The notes under the pieces are model-generated. The model saw nothing but the letters and a program-made list of their open reading frames with translations. It did no database searches and was not told where the DNA came from. From Armatimonadota bacterium (lineage in GTDB: Bacteria > Armatimonadota > SYMT01): a stretch of DNA of 64,000 nt. Both the position numbers and the translations under genes were made by a program. The stretch is taken from contig JAWLHY010000001.1 of NCBI GenBank assembly GCA_041690135.1, positions 768,001-832,000 on the forward strand. Direction: 5' to 3'. Shown here piece after piece: positions 36,748-45,583 of this stretch (the stretch's first letter is position 1; every line of letters starts with the position of its first letter).

Positions 36748-38400
36748 CTAGGCTGCGGCCGTGTTCAACTTCATTTTCTGGCGCTGGACCTCCATGGCCT
36801 TGCCACGGAGGTAGCGCGTCACCAGGAGTTCGGCGGTAATCAGTTCGTGTTCATCCACCTGGCATGCCACCAGCACTTCGAACTGGTCGGGCGCCACGTT
36901 TCGAGCCCACGGGAGGGCCAGGGAGATCCGTTTCGTCAGCTTTTCCCACATCCCGCGCTCAAAGGAGGCAACCCGTTCCACCAGAGGCGAACGGCGCTGC
37001 CCGCTGAAGAACCGGATATGCACGTTGGCCGCGTTGGCATCCAGCCCCAACTGTTCCACTCGGATACGCAGCGGCGTGCGGGTTTGAAACGGGAGCTGCT
37101 GGCCGCGCGGCACCAGGAGCACCGGTTCCTCCCAGGCGCCGTTGTTGGCGGTGACGCCTCCCAGCATCCCGTTGGGGACGGCCACCCACACGGCGTGAGC
37201 GGCCCGGCGCACCGGAGCCAGTACGCCGCCGGCATTCGAGCGCACGAGCGGGACGTACGAGAGGCCGCGGGCCACACTCTGCTCCGGCTGCCGGTGGCGC
37301 CGAACCGTTCCGTTCTCCAGGGAGAGGTGCGGAAATACTTCCTTCAGCGCCCGGTCGACGAAGTACCAGCGAGAGTGACCACCGGTAAGGATCAGGTGCG
37401 TAATCTGGCGGGGGGCGAGGTTCCCCTCTTCCAGAGCGCCCCGCATCAACACGACAAACTGGTTGATGTACTCCGCGGCAAACATCTCGAACTCACCGCG
37501 GGTCAGGCGCACCCGGCGGGTTTCGTCATCCACCAACCAGAGCGACTCGTGCTCGTCCGCGCCCTCGCGGAGGCGGTTGGAGAACTCCTCTTTGAAACGG
37601 CGCACGTCCCGCAGCAGGGGTTGGCGATTGCGCTTTACGAACTGGGGATCCCAGTCGCGGGTCACGTAATCCAGCATCAACTGGTCGAGATCCCGCCCCC
37701 CGTAGGAGCGCCGGCCGTTGCCCCATGCCGGCACGGAGCCGGCGGGGTCCACGGGAATTGAGACCGGCCGCTGGTCCGGCGACATGGCGAGCTGGAGGAA
37801 TGCGAAGTCGGTAGTGCCCCCGCCCATGTCGATCATCAGGATCCGGCTGCCCGGCTTGGGGTGGAAGCCATCCCGGTCGTCGCACAGGTGGCTGTAGAGC
37901 GCCGCCATCGACTCTTCCTCGAGCCGCACGTTGGGGAAACCCGCTTCCATCGCCGCGCGCCGAGTTTCCTCACGCTGGTCGGCACTCCACTGGACGGGGT
38001 GCCCGACGATGGTTTCGAAGGCGACGTTCCCGTCTTTCTTGTCGAGCGGCACAACTTCCGCGGTGCGCTGCCGAAGGTGGGCCAGGAACTGCCGGGCCAG
38101 GAGGAAGGCTTCGCGACCATTCTCCGCGTGACCCAGTCGCAGCTTGAAGCCGCTGCGGGTGTACTCCGGATAAAAGGGCGCCTTCTCCTCGGCCAGTTCG
38201 CCGAACTGCGGCAACTGCTCGCCGCCGTCCCCGAGAAACACCACGGTGGGAAGCGTGGAGCGGTGGCTGAACGTGATGGCTTCGGGGCGCTGGATTGGGT
38301 CGGGGTCTACGTCACCGTTGCCACGGTCGTAGTAAGTGGCATAGGTGACGCAGCTATTGCTCGTCCCAAAATCGATTCCGATAACGTAAACCGTCTTCAT
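36748..38400 (-). CDS. Atypical Hsp70 family protein
   Basis: GIDFGTSNS, P..W...QR...AA..AG, EESMAA, IDMGGGTTD, GGRDLD, LTGGHSR and PEQSVARG; divergent C-terminus. A longer in-frame start exists at 38463. Confidence 0.88.
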   Translation of the reverse strand: MKTVYVIGIDFGTSNSCVTYATYYDRGNGDVDPDPIQRPEAITFSHRSTLPTVVFLGDGGEQLPQFGELAEEKAPFYPEYTRSGFKLRLGHAENGREAFLLARQFLAHLRQRTAEVVPLDKKDGNVAFETIVGHPVQWSADQREETRRAAMEAGFPNVRLEEESMAALYSHLCDDRDGFHPKPGSRILMIDMGGGTTDFAFLQLAMSPDQRPVSIPVDPAGSVPAWGNGRRSYGGRDLDQLMLDYVTRDWDPQFVKRNRQPLLRDVRRFKEEFSNRLREGADEHESLWLVDDETRRVRLTRGEFEMFAAEYINQFVVLMRGALEEGNLAPRQITHLILTGGHSRWYFVDRALKEVFPHLSLENGTVRRHRQPEQSVARGLSYVPLVRSNAGGVLAPVRRAAHAVWVAVPNGMLGGVTANNGAWEEPVLLVPRGQQLPFQTRTPLRIRVEQLGLDANAANVHIRFFSGQRRSPLVERVASFERGMWEKLTKRISLALPWARNVAPDQFEVLVACQVDEHELITAELLVTRYLRGKAMEVQRQKMKLNTAAA

Positions 38401-38518
38401 GGATGACACATCTAACTGCAAGCTCTCGCCCGGTCTGCCCGGCGAGCTGATGTGGCGTGGCACGTTCGATAGGCCCGTGACACGTTATCGGCAGGGGTTC
38501 ATCGATTCTGGATACCAA

Positions 38519-39376
38519 TCATGCGGTCTGGGCCGCATTGATCAGGACCTGGGTCAATTGCCGGTAGGCCCAGGCGACCGGGGAGTCCGGGCGATAGAGG
38601 ACAATGGGGCGGTCCAACAGCAACCCTTCCCCCACCGTGGCGTCGCGAGGAATCGAAACCGGGAACAACGCCTGGCCCAGGCTGCGGCGGATGTGGGCTT
38701 CCAACTGTGCCTGGCGGGGATCCTGCTCCTCCACCATCGTCAGCAGCAGTCCCAGAAGACGCGCGGTGGCGCCGTCGGCCCGGGCATCCCGGAGTTGGCC
38801 CAGAATGCCGCCCAACGTGCGATAGGCCAGGGGGTGGCACTGGAAGACGACGACCACCTCATCGACCACCTGGCACAGCCGGCGCGTCATGTCCGCCACC
38901 GAGGGCCGCGTGTCCACGATGATGTACTCATAGTGGCCCGGTACTCGCTTGCCTAGCTCCGACAGCGCCCGGTGCAAGGCGTTGAGATCCACGGGCCGCC
39001 GGTCCTCCGCATACGGTAGGAGATCGAGGTTCGTCGCCACCTCGGGAATCACGAGATCGGACAGGTCCCACTGTTCGATGCCGAAAAGGCCCGGGTGTCC
39101 GGGGGCCACGGACGTGCCGAAACAGGCGGCCACGCTGCCGATCGGGTCCGTGTCCACGATCAACACGCGGTTTCCGGACTGGCCGAGACAGGCCGCCACG
39201 TTCACCGCCGACGCCGTTTTCCCGACGCCACCCTTCTGGCTCGCGAACATGATCCGCCGGACCGCGGCGCGCCGCGCCTCGTCGTGCAGTTCCGCAACAC
39301 CGGATTCCGCGCTTGCCCCGCCCCCTGGGCTGGCAGCGGTAGACCGGGCGCCACCAAACGGGTTGCTTTCCATCAT
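38519..39376 (-). CDS. ParA/Soj family ATPase
   Basis: Deviant Walker A SQKGGVGKT, VDTDP, YIIVDTRP and a Soj-like end PIVLYRPDS..AYRQL. Confidence 0.9.
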   Translation of the reverse strand: MMESNPFGGARSTAASPGGGASAESGVAELHDEARRAAVRRIMFASQKGGVGKTASAVNVAACLGQSGNRVLIVDTDPIGSVAACFGTSVAPGHPGLFGIEQWDLSDLVIPEVATNLDLLPYAEDRRPVDLNALHRALSELGKRVPGHYEYIIVDTRPSVADMTRRLCQVVDEVVVVFQCHPLAYRTLGGILGQLRDARADGATARLLGLLLTMVEEQDPRQAQLEAHIRRSLGQALFPVSIPRDATVGEGLLLDRPIVLYRPDSPVAWAYRQLTQVLINAAQTA

Positions 39377-39444
39377 TTCTTGCTTTGACCTGTTGCGGGG
39401 AACGGCCAGGAGCCGTCCCGGGACTTAGATTTCCTGGGGCTCAT

Positions 39445-40422
39445 CTATCGGTGCGCCGCGCTTCCGGATTTGGCGGCGATCACGCGGCTCTTACCATTCT
39501 TGGCCGGGCCGTCCGAAGCTCGGCCCCCGCGCCCTGCCGTCATCCAGTAGCCGATGCCGGCGGCCAACAACACCAGAACGGCAATGGCGGCTACCGCCCA
39601 GTTGAGTTTGAAACCACCGGACTGGGGCATCGGCATCTGCTGCGAGCCGGCCTGGACCGGCGCTGCCGGCACGGAAGCCCCCATCGGCTGCGCCCGGCGA
39701 GCGGGCGGCGCCCACGCGGACGCCCCCGCGGAATTGCCGCCGTACATTCCATCGAGCTGGAGCCCACGGACCACGGCATCGCCCGCCGCCTGGTAGGCGG
39801 CTCGGCTCTGCTCGGAGGGTTCGGTGCGGCGCTCGACTTTCTGTTCCGCGCGGTGGGCCAGCCCCGAGTCTGTGGGGATCGGCGGGTTGAGTAGTCCATC
39901 CGGCCGGCGCGAGCGGAGTTCCAGCATCAACGTCCGCTGGGTGGGGTCCTGCTCGTCGAACATGGTGGGAAGCACGCCGATCAAGTGGATCTGCGGGCTG
40001 AGATCCCGCACGTTATCCAGCGCTGCTTCCGCTCCGTCCAGTGTCTTCAGGCTGACCGGCTCCACCGGAATCACCATCAACACCGCCGTCGAAAGCTGAA
40101 TCCATCCCCGGGCGAGCGGGTCATCCAGAGAGGGGGTGTCGACCACAGCCACGTCGAACAACCCTTCCAGTTCCTTGACCTTGGAAGGAAGTTCCCGCAG
40201 CGGGAGGACGCTGCTGCAGAGGTATCGCAAGCGCGGGTTCCGGGTCTGCTGGACGGAGCCGGTAGTCTCCTCGAGGCCGAGAATGAGACTCGCGCCCCGC
40301 TGGCGGTCCGCATCCACCAGGACCACGCGGACACCGCGCCGGGCCAGGTCTTCCGCGAGCATGACCGCGGAAGTCGTCTTTCCGGCCCCGCCTTTGTGAC
40401 TGATAATGGCAAGCGTTTTCAT
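39445..40422 (-). CDS. ParA family ATPase with C-terminal TM helix
   Basis: SHKGGAGKT, VDADRQ, VVDTP, GVLPTMFD; then a Pro/Ala linker, TM WAVAAIAVLVLLAAGIGYWM and a basic tail. Confidence 0.88.
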   Translation of the reverse strand: MKTLAIISHKGGAGKTTSAVMLAEDLARRGVRVVLVDADRQRGASLILGLEETTGSVQQTRNPRLRYLCSSVLPLRELPSKVKELEGLFDVAVVDTPSLDDPLARGWIQLSTAVLMVIPVEPVSLKTLDGAEAALDNVRDLSPQIHLIGVLPTMFDEQDPTQRTLMLELRSRRPDGLLNPPIPTDSGLAHRAEQKVERRTEPSEQSRAAYQAAGDAVVRGLQLDGMYGGNSAGASAWAPPARRAQPMGASVPAAPVQAGSQQMPMPQSGGFKLNWAVAAIAVLVLLAAGIGYWMTAGRGGRASDGPAKNGKSRVIAAKSGSAAHR

Positions 40423-40437
40423 GTGCAGCTCAAGTCT

Positions 40438-41196
40438 CTACCGGGGTGCCGTGCAGAGGGGATCGGCCGGCTCGTCCGGCTCCTCGGGATTTGGTTGTCC
40501 CAGCGCGTCCTGGAGCATTTCACCCAGTACAACATCCTCGGCTGTCAGGTGGTGGCTCCCCGGCGCTTCCAGGACCCGAATAATACTCGTCTGACCCATC
40601 TGGATCCGGTCGCCGTTCCGCAGCACGACCTCTTCTCCTGGCGTCAGGACGCGGCCGTTGAAGCGGGTGCCGGTTTCGCTCTGGAGATCCCGCAGTACGA
40701 ACCTCCCGCCCACTTTACCGATCCAGGCGTGGGCGGCGGCAACACCGGGGTCCATGAACAGGTCGATCTCGGGATGGATTCCCCGAGAAAAATCACGGCG
40801 CCCCACCAGGGCCTCATCCCGCACCAGCCAGGGGAACTTCCGGCGGGCCGAGCTGACCTCGATCTTCAGGTTGTGAATGCGGTGCGTAGCCTGAGCGTCG
40901 GCCTCATCGACCTCAATGGGTCGATCGGCATGCTGCTCGATGACGTTCAACACCTCTTGTTCAGATGGTGCCGTCCAGGCGCTAGATTCCTCCCTCGCCA
41001 GGGGGCGATCGGCAAGATTCGTAGTTTTCGGCTCCTGGGCGGTTTCCTCGCTGGCGTGGACGTTCGCCATCTCGTCTACGTCGAAATCGGGCCGGGCCCG
41101 CAGGTAGGCCCATTCATCCTCGGCGGCCGGGGAAGTGGGCGCCTGCGCGCCTTGCTTCTCCGCGTCATCACTTTTGCCGAACAGCCAGCGAAGCAT
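40438..41196 (-). CDS. FHA domain protein with degenerate pThr motif
   Basis: LVGRRD..PEIDL..DPGVAAAHA..LRDLQSETGTRFNG..LRNGDRIQMG. Confidence 0.85.
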   Translation of the reverse strand: MLRWLFGKSDDAEKQGAQAPTSPAAEDEWAYLRARPDFDVDEMANVHASEETAQEPKTTNLADRPLAREESSAWTAPSEQEVLNVIEQHADRPIEVDEADAQATHRIHNLKIEVSSARRKFPWLVRDEALVGRRDFSRGIHPEIDLFMDPGVAAAHAWIGKVGGRFVLRDLQSETGTRFNGRVLTPGEEVVLRNGDRIQMGQTSIIRVLEAPGSHHLTAEDVVLGEMLQDALGQPNPEEPDEPADPLCTAPR

Positions 41197-41318
41197 TCAG
41201 GGATCCATCTCCCAGGCGACCGCTCCGACCCATGGACGATCACCAATCGATAGTAGTTATTCTGGCGCCCTGGCCTCCAGGCTGTAGGTGCCCGATAGAG
41301 AATGGCACCCTCAGGCAC

Positions 41319-42176
41319 CTAGAGGATGCCGTCCTCGCGCCCCAGGTCCAACGCCAGGTCCAGCACGTCTTTTCCGCTTCCGTCGGCCAGGAGAGGCGGA
41401 GCCGGCGCACGGGGATCCATCCGCGTGGTGACGAACGAGCCGCCGAACAGTTCATCCAGGCTTTCCGCGATGACCCGTTCTTCCTTCTCATTCTGGGAAG
41501 GCTGACGGACTACCCCCACCGGCACCACGTGGATGACCGACACATCTCCCAGTTGAATCACGTCTCCAGCACGCAGCTCCACCGTCTCACCGGAGGCGAG
41601 CCACCGCCCATTGTGGAGCGTCCCGTTCGTACTGCCGAGGTCCTGCAGGTGATACACCCCCGCCTTCAACCAGATCCGCGCATGGCGCCGCGATACGGCA
41701 TCATCCTGGCTGAGGTCCACTTCCGGATGACAGCCGCTCTCCAGATCCAGGCGACCAATGAGAAGCGCCTCGTCCACGGTACGCAGCATGCGCCGGACCC
41801 CCGAACGAACGTCGAGCGCGAGGGGCTGACGAACCGGTGCCGGAGGACCCAGGTTGGCCTCGCCCGGCTGCCCCGATGCATCCTCATGAGGCGCGTCCAA
41901 CAGTTCGTTGAGGAATTGCGGCTGGAGTTCTTCAAGGTCGCGCGAGAGGCGGGCCTCCAGTTCGGGGTCCGGTAAGAGCGCTCCGTCGCCTAGGGAGGCC
42001 TCTCCGGCACGATTCCCTACGGTACTCCGGGAATGAACGGCGGCCATCTCTTCCGAATCGAAGTCCGGGCGGGCCCGCAGGTAGGCCCAATCGTCGTCGC
42101 CTTCCGGACGCGGCGCGGCAGGGGGTGCCGAGCTTTCTTCCGGATCTGCTTTTTTCAGAAATCCCCAACGGAGCAT
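41319..42176 (-). CDS. FHA domain protein with canonical motif
   Basis: LIGR..PEVDL..DDAVSRRHA..LQDLGSTNGTLHNG..LRAGDVIQLG. Confidence 0.9.
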   Translation of the reverse strand: MLRWGFLKKADPEESSAPPAAPRPEGDDDWAYLRARPDFDSEEMAAVHSRSTVGNRAGEASLGDGALLPDPELEARLSRDLEELQPQFLNELLDAPHEDASGQPGEANLGPPAPVRQPLALDVRSGVRRMLRTVDEALLIGRLDLESGCHPEVDLSQDDAVSRRHARIWLKAGVYHLQDLGSTNGTLHNGRWLASGETVELRAGDVIQLGDVSVIHVVPVGVVRQPSQNEKEERVIAESLDELFGGSFVTTRMDPRAPAPPLLADGSGKDVLDLALDLGREDGIL

Positions 42177-42530
42177 GACAGTCCATTCCGTCGCGGTCGG
42201 CGCGATGAGGGAGGATCGGGGCGGACAGAAGGAATACAGCTACAATTGTGGCACGTCGGGCATCGCTCTGGAGAGGCCTCGCGCGTCTCCGGCCGTTCCC
42301 GTCCCCGCCAGCCTGGACGATCCCCGTATGATCGGCATTCCAGGTACTACCGCAGGTAAGCGACAAAGCCTATCCTCGGACGCTAGCCCAGCTTCTCCTC
42401 CGGCAAGGACCCTAGCCGATACTCCGGCTAATACTCCGGAAGGATGATAGCAGACTAACTGGGAGAACGGAAGTGAGTCGATCCGCAGGCTCCTCGCTCC
42501 CCTGTCAAGTAACAGAGATCTAACACAACG

Positions 42531-43727
42531 ATGCATCCCTTGAAACGTCTTCTTTCGGTCGCGCTGCCGGCGGCCGTCCTCGCCGTTACTCTTGCCGCGC
42601 CTCCCGCGGGCGCTGAACCGAATACCTTGCAGCCCAAGCAGGTGGGTGACGGATGGATCCTCCTGTTCGACGGCAAGACACAGTTCGGCTGGGCGCCGCG
42701 GGGCGACGCCCGCTGGACTGTCGCCAACGGCAACCTGGTCCCCCTCCCCGGCACGGGGGCCGGCGTCCTCAGCACGACCACCGAGTTCGCCGACTACGAT
42801 CTGAAGGCGGACGTGTGGGTGGACAGCACCGCCAATAGCGGCATCTTCCTGCGCAGCCCCGGCACCGGCCCCATCAACCAGAACAACGCCTACGAAGTCA
42901 ACGTCTTCGATCCGCACCCGCAGTGGCCGTCCGGCAGCATCAACGACGTAGCCCGCGCGGCCGAACGGGTCAAAACGGTGGGCCGTTGGAACACCTACGA
43001 GATCACCGCGGACGGGCCGCGCCTGTTGGTCCGCGTGAACGGCCATACCGTGGTGAACACGACCGACGGCCGCTACGCCCGGGGTACGATCGGACTGCAG
43101 ACCAACGGGCAGGGCGACATTCGGTTCCGGAACGTGATGCTGAAGCCGCGCCGCACCAAGAGCCTGTTCAATGGTAAGGACCTGACCGGTTGGAAGGTGC
43201 TGCCGGACCGCAAATCGGTCTACTCGGTCACCCCCGAGGGTTATCTGAACGTGAAGAACGGGAACGGCGATATCCAGACCACGGGGGAGTTCGGGGACTT
43301 CGTCTTCCAACTCGATATCATCTCCAACGGCACCCACCTGAACAGCGGCGTGTTCTTCCGCGCCGAACCCGGCCAGTTCTGGAGCGGCTACGAAAGCCAG
43401 ATCCGGAACCAGTGGCTGGGGGATGACCGCACCAAGCCGGTCGATTACGGTACCGGCGGGGTTTACAACCGCCAGCCGGCACGCTTCGTCGTGCCCAGCG
43501 ATCGGCAGTGGTTCACCAAGACCATCGTCGCGCACGGGCCGCATATCGCGGTGTGGGTCAACGGCATCCAGGTGAGCGACTTTACCGACACCCGCCCGCC
43601 GCATGCCAGTGCCCGGCAGGGTTACCGCAGCAAGCCCGGCGTCATCAGCCTGCAGGGCCACGACCCGACGACGGACCTTTCGTTCCGCAACCTGCGCATT
43701 TCGGAGATGCCCGCACCGCGGAAGTAG
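42531..43727 (+). CDS. Secreted tandem DUF1080 (3-keto-disaccharide hydrolase-like) protein
   Basis: Signal peptide and two copies of the pattern LF(D/N)GK...GW, NSG(I/V)F.R, YE, G.I.LQ, .FRN. Confidence 0.9.
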   Translation: MHPLKRLLSVALPAAVLAVTLAAPPAGAEPNTLQPKQVGDGWILLFDGKTQFGWAPRGDARWTVANGNLVPLPGTGAGVLSTTTEFADYDLKADVWVDSTANSGIFLRSPGTGPINQNNAYEVNVFDPHPQWPSGSINDVARAAERVKTVGRWNTYEITADGPRLLVRVNGHTVVNTTDGRYARGTIGLQTNGQGDIRFRNVMLKPRRTKSLFNGKDLTGWKVLPDRKSVYSVTPEGYLNVKNGNGDIQTTGEFGDFVFQLDIISNGTHLNSGVFFRAEPGQFWSGYESQIRNQWLGDDRTKPVDYGTGGVYNRQPARFVVPSDRQWFTKTIVAHGPHIAVWVNGIQVSDFTDTRPPHASARQGYRSKPGVISLQGHDPTTDLSFRNLRISEMPAPRK

Positions 43728-43739
43728 TTCGAATTGCAA

Positions 43740-43800
43740 ACCCGCAAGAGCCGAGGCCCCGCCGGAAATCCAATCCGGCGGGGCCTCGGCTCTTGCGGGT
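43740..43800. terminator. 27-bp perfect hairpin between convergent genes
   Basis: ACCCGCAAGAGCCGAGGCCCCGCCGGA, loop AATCCAA, then the exact reverse complement. Confidence 0.75.
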
Positions 43801-43819
43801 CATTCAAGGACGAAGAGAG

Positions 43820-45547
43820 TTACTTCTTCTTGGGCGCCGGCTTCTTGACTGCCGGCTTCTTGACTGCCGGCTTGCGGGCGACGGGCTTCTTGGCCGGCGC
43901 CTTGGTGGCCGTGGGCTTCTTTACCGGCGCCTTGGGGTTGGTGGAGGGGGTCTTGGGCTGGGTGGAATCGCCACCGGCCGCGGCCGGCTCGGGATCGCGG
44001 TTCCAGGTGAGCGGCGGGAGTTGCGTCTCCTCCCCGGCTTCGACGATCACTTCCACCTCGTTGTTTTGCCAGTGCCCGATTCCGGTCAGCCGAAGATCCT
44101 GGCGCGGCTGGAAGTTCCGGAGCACCCGGTAAGTCCCCGGGCGCACGTTCGGCAGCACCACCTTGCCGGTCGGATCGACCGGAAGATCGATCCAACGCAT
44201 TCCGGCGGTTTCGGCTCCGGATTTGGGAACGAGACCCAAAGCGAGGGCGCCTTCGGGCGGAGCTTCACCATTGATCTTGATGGCCGAGATGAGCGTCCCC
44301 CCTCCCGGCGCGTAGAAGGCCCGGGGGGCGTTAGCGCTGTTCCGGCCGGGAAGCAGCACGTTCCGGCGCGGGATGAAGGCGCCTTCCGGCGGAAGCGGCA
44401 CGTCCTTCATCCGGAACGAGAAGGCGCGGCTGGCCTCTCCGTACTCCGAAACGTTGAGCCGGACCGAGCGGATGGGTTCCTTTACGGGGGCATACTGGGC
44501 CGTGATGTCGTAGGCCAGACCTCCCCCCACCTGACGAGTGCTCTTCTGATGGGTCGTGGGCGTGTGGAAGCCGCCCGCGGCGTCCACCAGCAGCGGCATG
44601 GGGAAGGCCTCCATCCCCTGTACCCGGATCGCTGAGTGCAGGGGAACTTGCACCCGGAAGGTCACGCTGGGCTGTGCGGCGTTATCGGCGGCGGGAACCG
44701 TGACCTTCTGCACTTCCACCACCATTCCGCCCGCCTCCTTCTTCGCGTTCTCCGGCGTCACCGGGAGCGCCACTTCAAAAGGATGGGTGCGCGCGGATTT
44801 ATAGGTGAGCAGATCTCCCTCGATCCAGACGAGCCGGGTCGCCTTCGGATGAACGCCGGACAGGCTTAGCGAGCAGGCCCATTCATCCGGCAGTAGCGTG
44901 CCGGCGAGCGTGGTGCTCGAGGAACTCACCAGGGCGCGCTCGCCGGTGAGGAGGTTGCCCTGGTCGTCCATGGCCACCACATTCTCGATCCCGGCAATCC
45001 GGTCGCTGTCCAGCTCACCCAGGTCGGCCTGGAGTTCCAGGGTCAGCGTCTGGTCGTCCTGGGAGATAGGTCCCCCCGCGAAATCAAGCGCTCGGGTGTT
45101 GCGCACGGAAACACGGCGAACAAAAAGCGAGATCCCCGCGTTCTCCACCAGGCCCACTTTCCTGGCAGGGGAAGCGGAAAGGGCCGACCCGGAGGGGAAG
45201 AGGAGGAACCGCCCCCACTGGCGCGACACCTGGAGCCGGTAGCGGGACTTCAAATCGCGGAGCGCTGTTGCGAGCGTAACGCCGCTCCATTTGAAACTGG
45301 ACTTTTCTTCCAGTATCCGGAGACTGGAGGGGAGCGCGACACCGGCAGGGCGGCGGGGCATCTGGATCTCCACCGGTACCCCCGAAGCTTTCGACAGCTG
45401 GGCGATCGCCTCCTCGGCCGTGGCATTCTGTACGTTCAGCGTTAGCTTGGGGTTGTCGGCCGGCGCAGGCGCCTGGATAACCACCCCCGCCACCAACATC
45501 CATCCCAGCGTCGACCGCTTCAGGTAATTTCGCACACACACCTCCAT
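43820..45547 (-). CDS. Secreted protein with STN-like N-terminus, carboxypeptidase-regulatory-like domain and KKPA-repeat tail
   Basis: Signal peptide then ADNPKLTLNVQNA..EAI..LSKASG; VRPGTYRV; tail KAPVKKPTATKAPAKKPVARKPAVKKPAVKKPAPKKK. Confidence 0.7.
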   Translation of the reverse strand: MEVCVRNYLKRSTLGWMLVAGVVIQAPAPADNPKLTLNVQNATAEEAIAQLSKASGVPVEIQMPRRPAGVALPSSLRILEEKSSFKWSGVTLATALRDLKSRYRLQVSRQWGRFLLFPSGSALSASPARKVGLVENAGISLFVRRVSVRNTRALDFAGGPISQDDQTLTLELQADLGELDSDRIAGIENVVAMDDQGNLLTGERALVSSSSTTLAGTLLPDEWACSLSLSGVHPKATRLVWIEGDLLTYKSARTHPFEVALPVTPENAKKEAGGMVVEVQKVTVPAADNAAQPSVTFRVQVPLHSAIRVQGMEAFPMPLLVDAAGGFHTPTTHQKSTRQVGGGLAYDITAQYAPVKEPIRSVRLNVSEYGEASRAFSFRMKDVPLPPEGAFIPRRNVLLPGRNSANAPRAFYAPGGGTLISAIKINGEAPPEGALALGLVPKSGAETAGMRWIDLPVDPTGKVVLPNVRPGTYRVLRNFQPRQDLRLTGIGHWQNNEVEVIVEAGEETQLPPLTWNRDPEPAAAGGDSTQPKTPSTNPKAPVKKPTATKAPAKKPVARKPAVKKPAVKKPAPKKK

Positions 45548-45583
45548 CTTTCACTTCGACCGGTTCGGCCGTTAGGTACCGCC

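Noticed and set aside
38519-40422. Plasmid or chromosome partition (parABS) locus
   Set aside because: No parB, replication gene or parS-like palindrome seen nearby.
42240-43739. 499-aa minus-strand ORF
   Set aside because: Shadow of the DUF1080 gene.
43830-43930. Short DNA direct repeats resembling an array
   Set aside because: They encode the KKPA peptide repeats and have no unique spacers, so this is not CRISPR.
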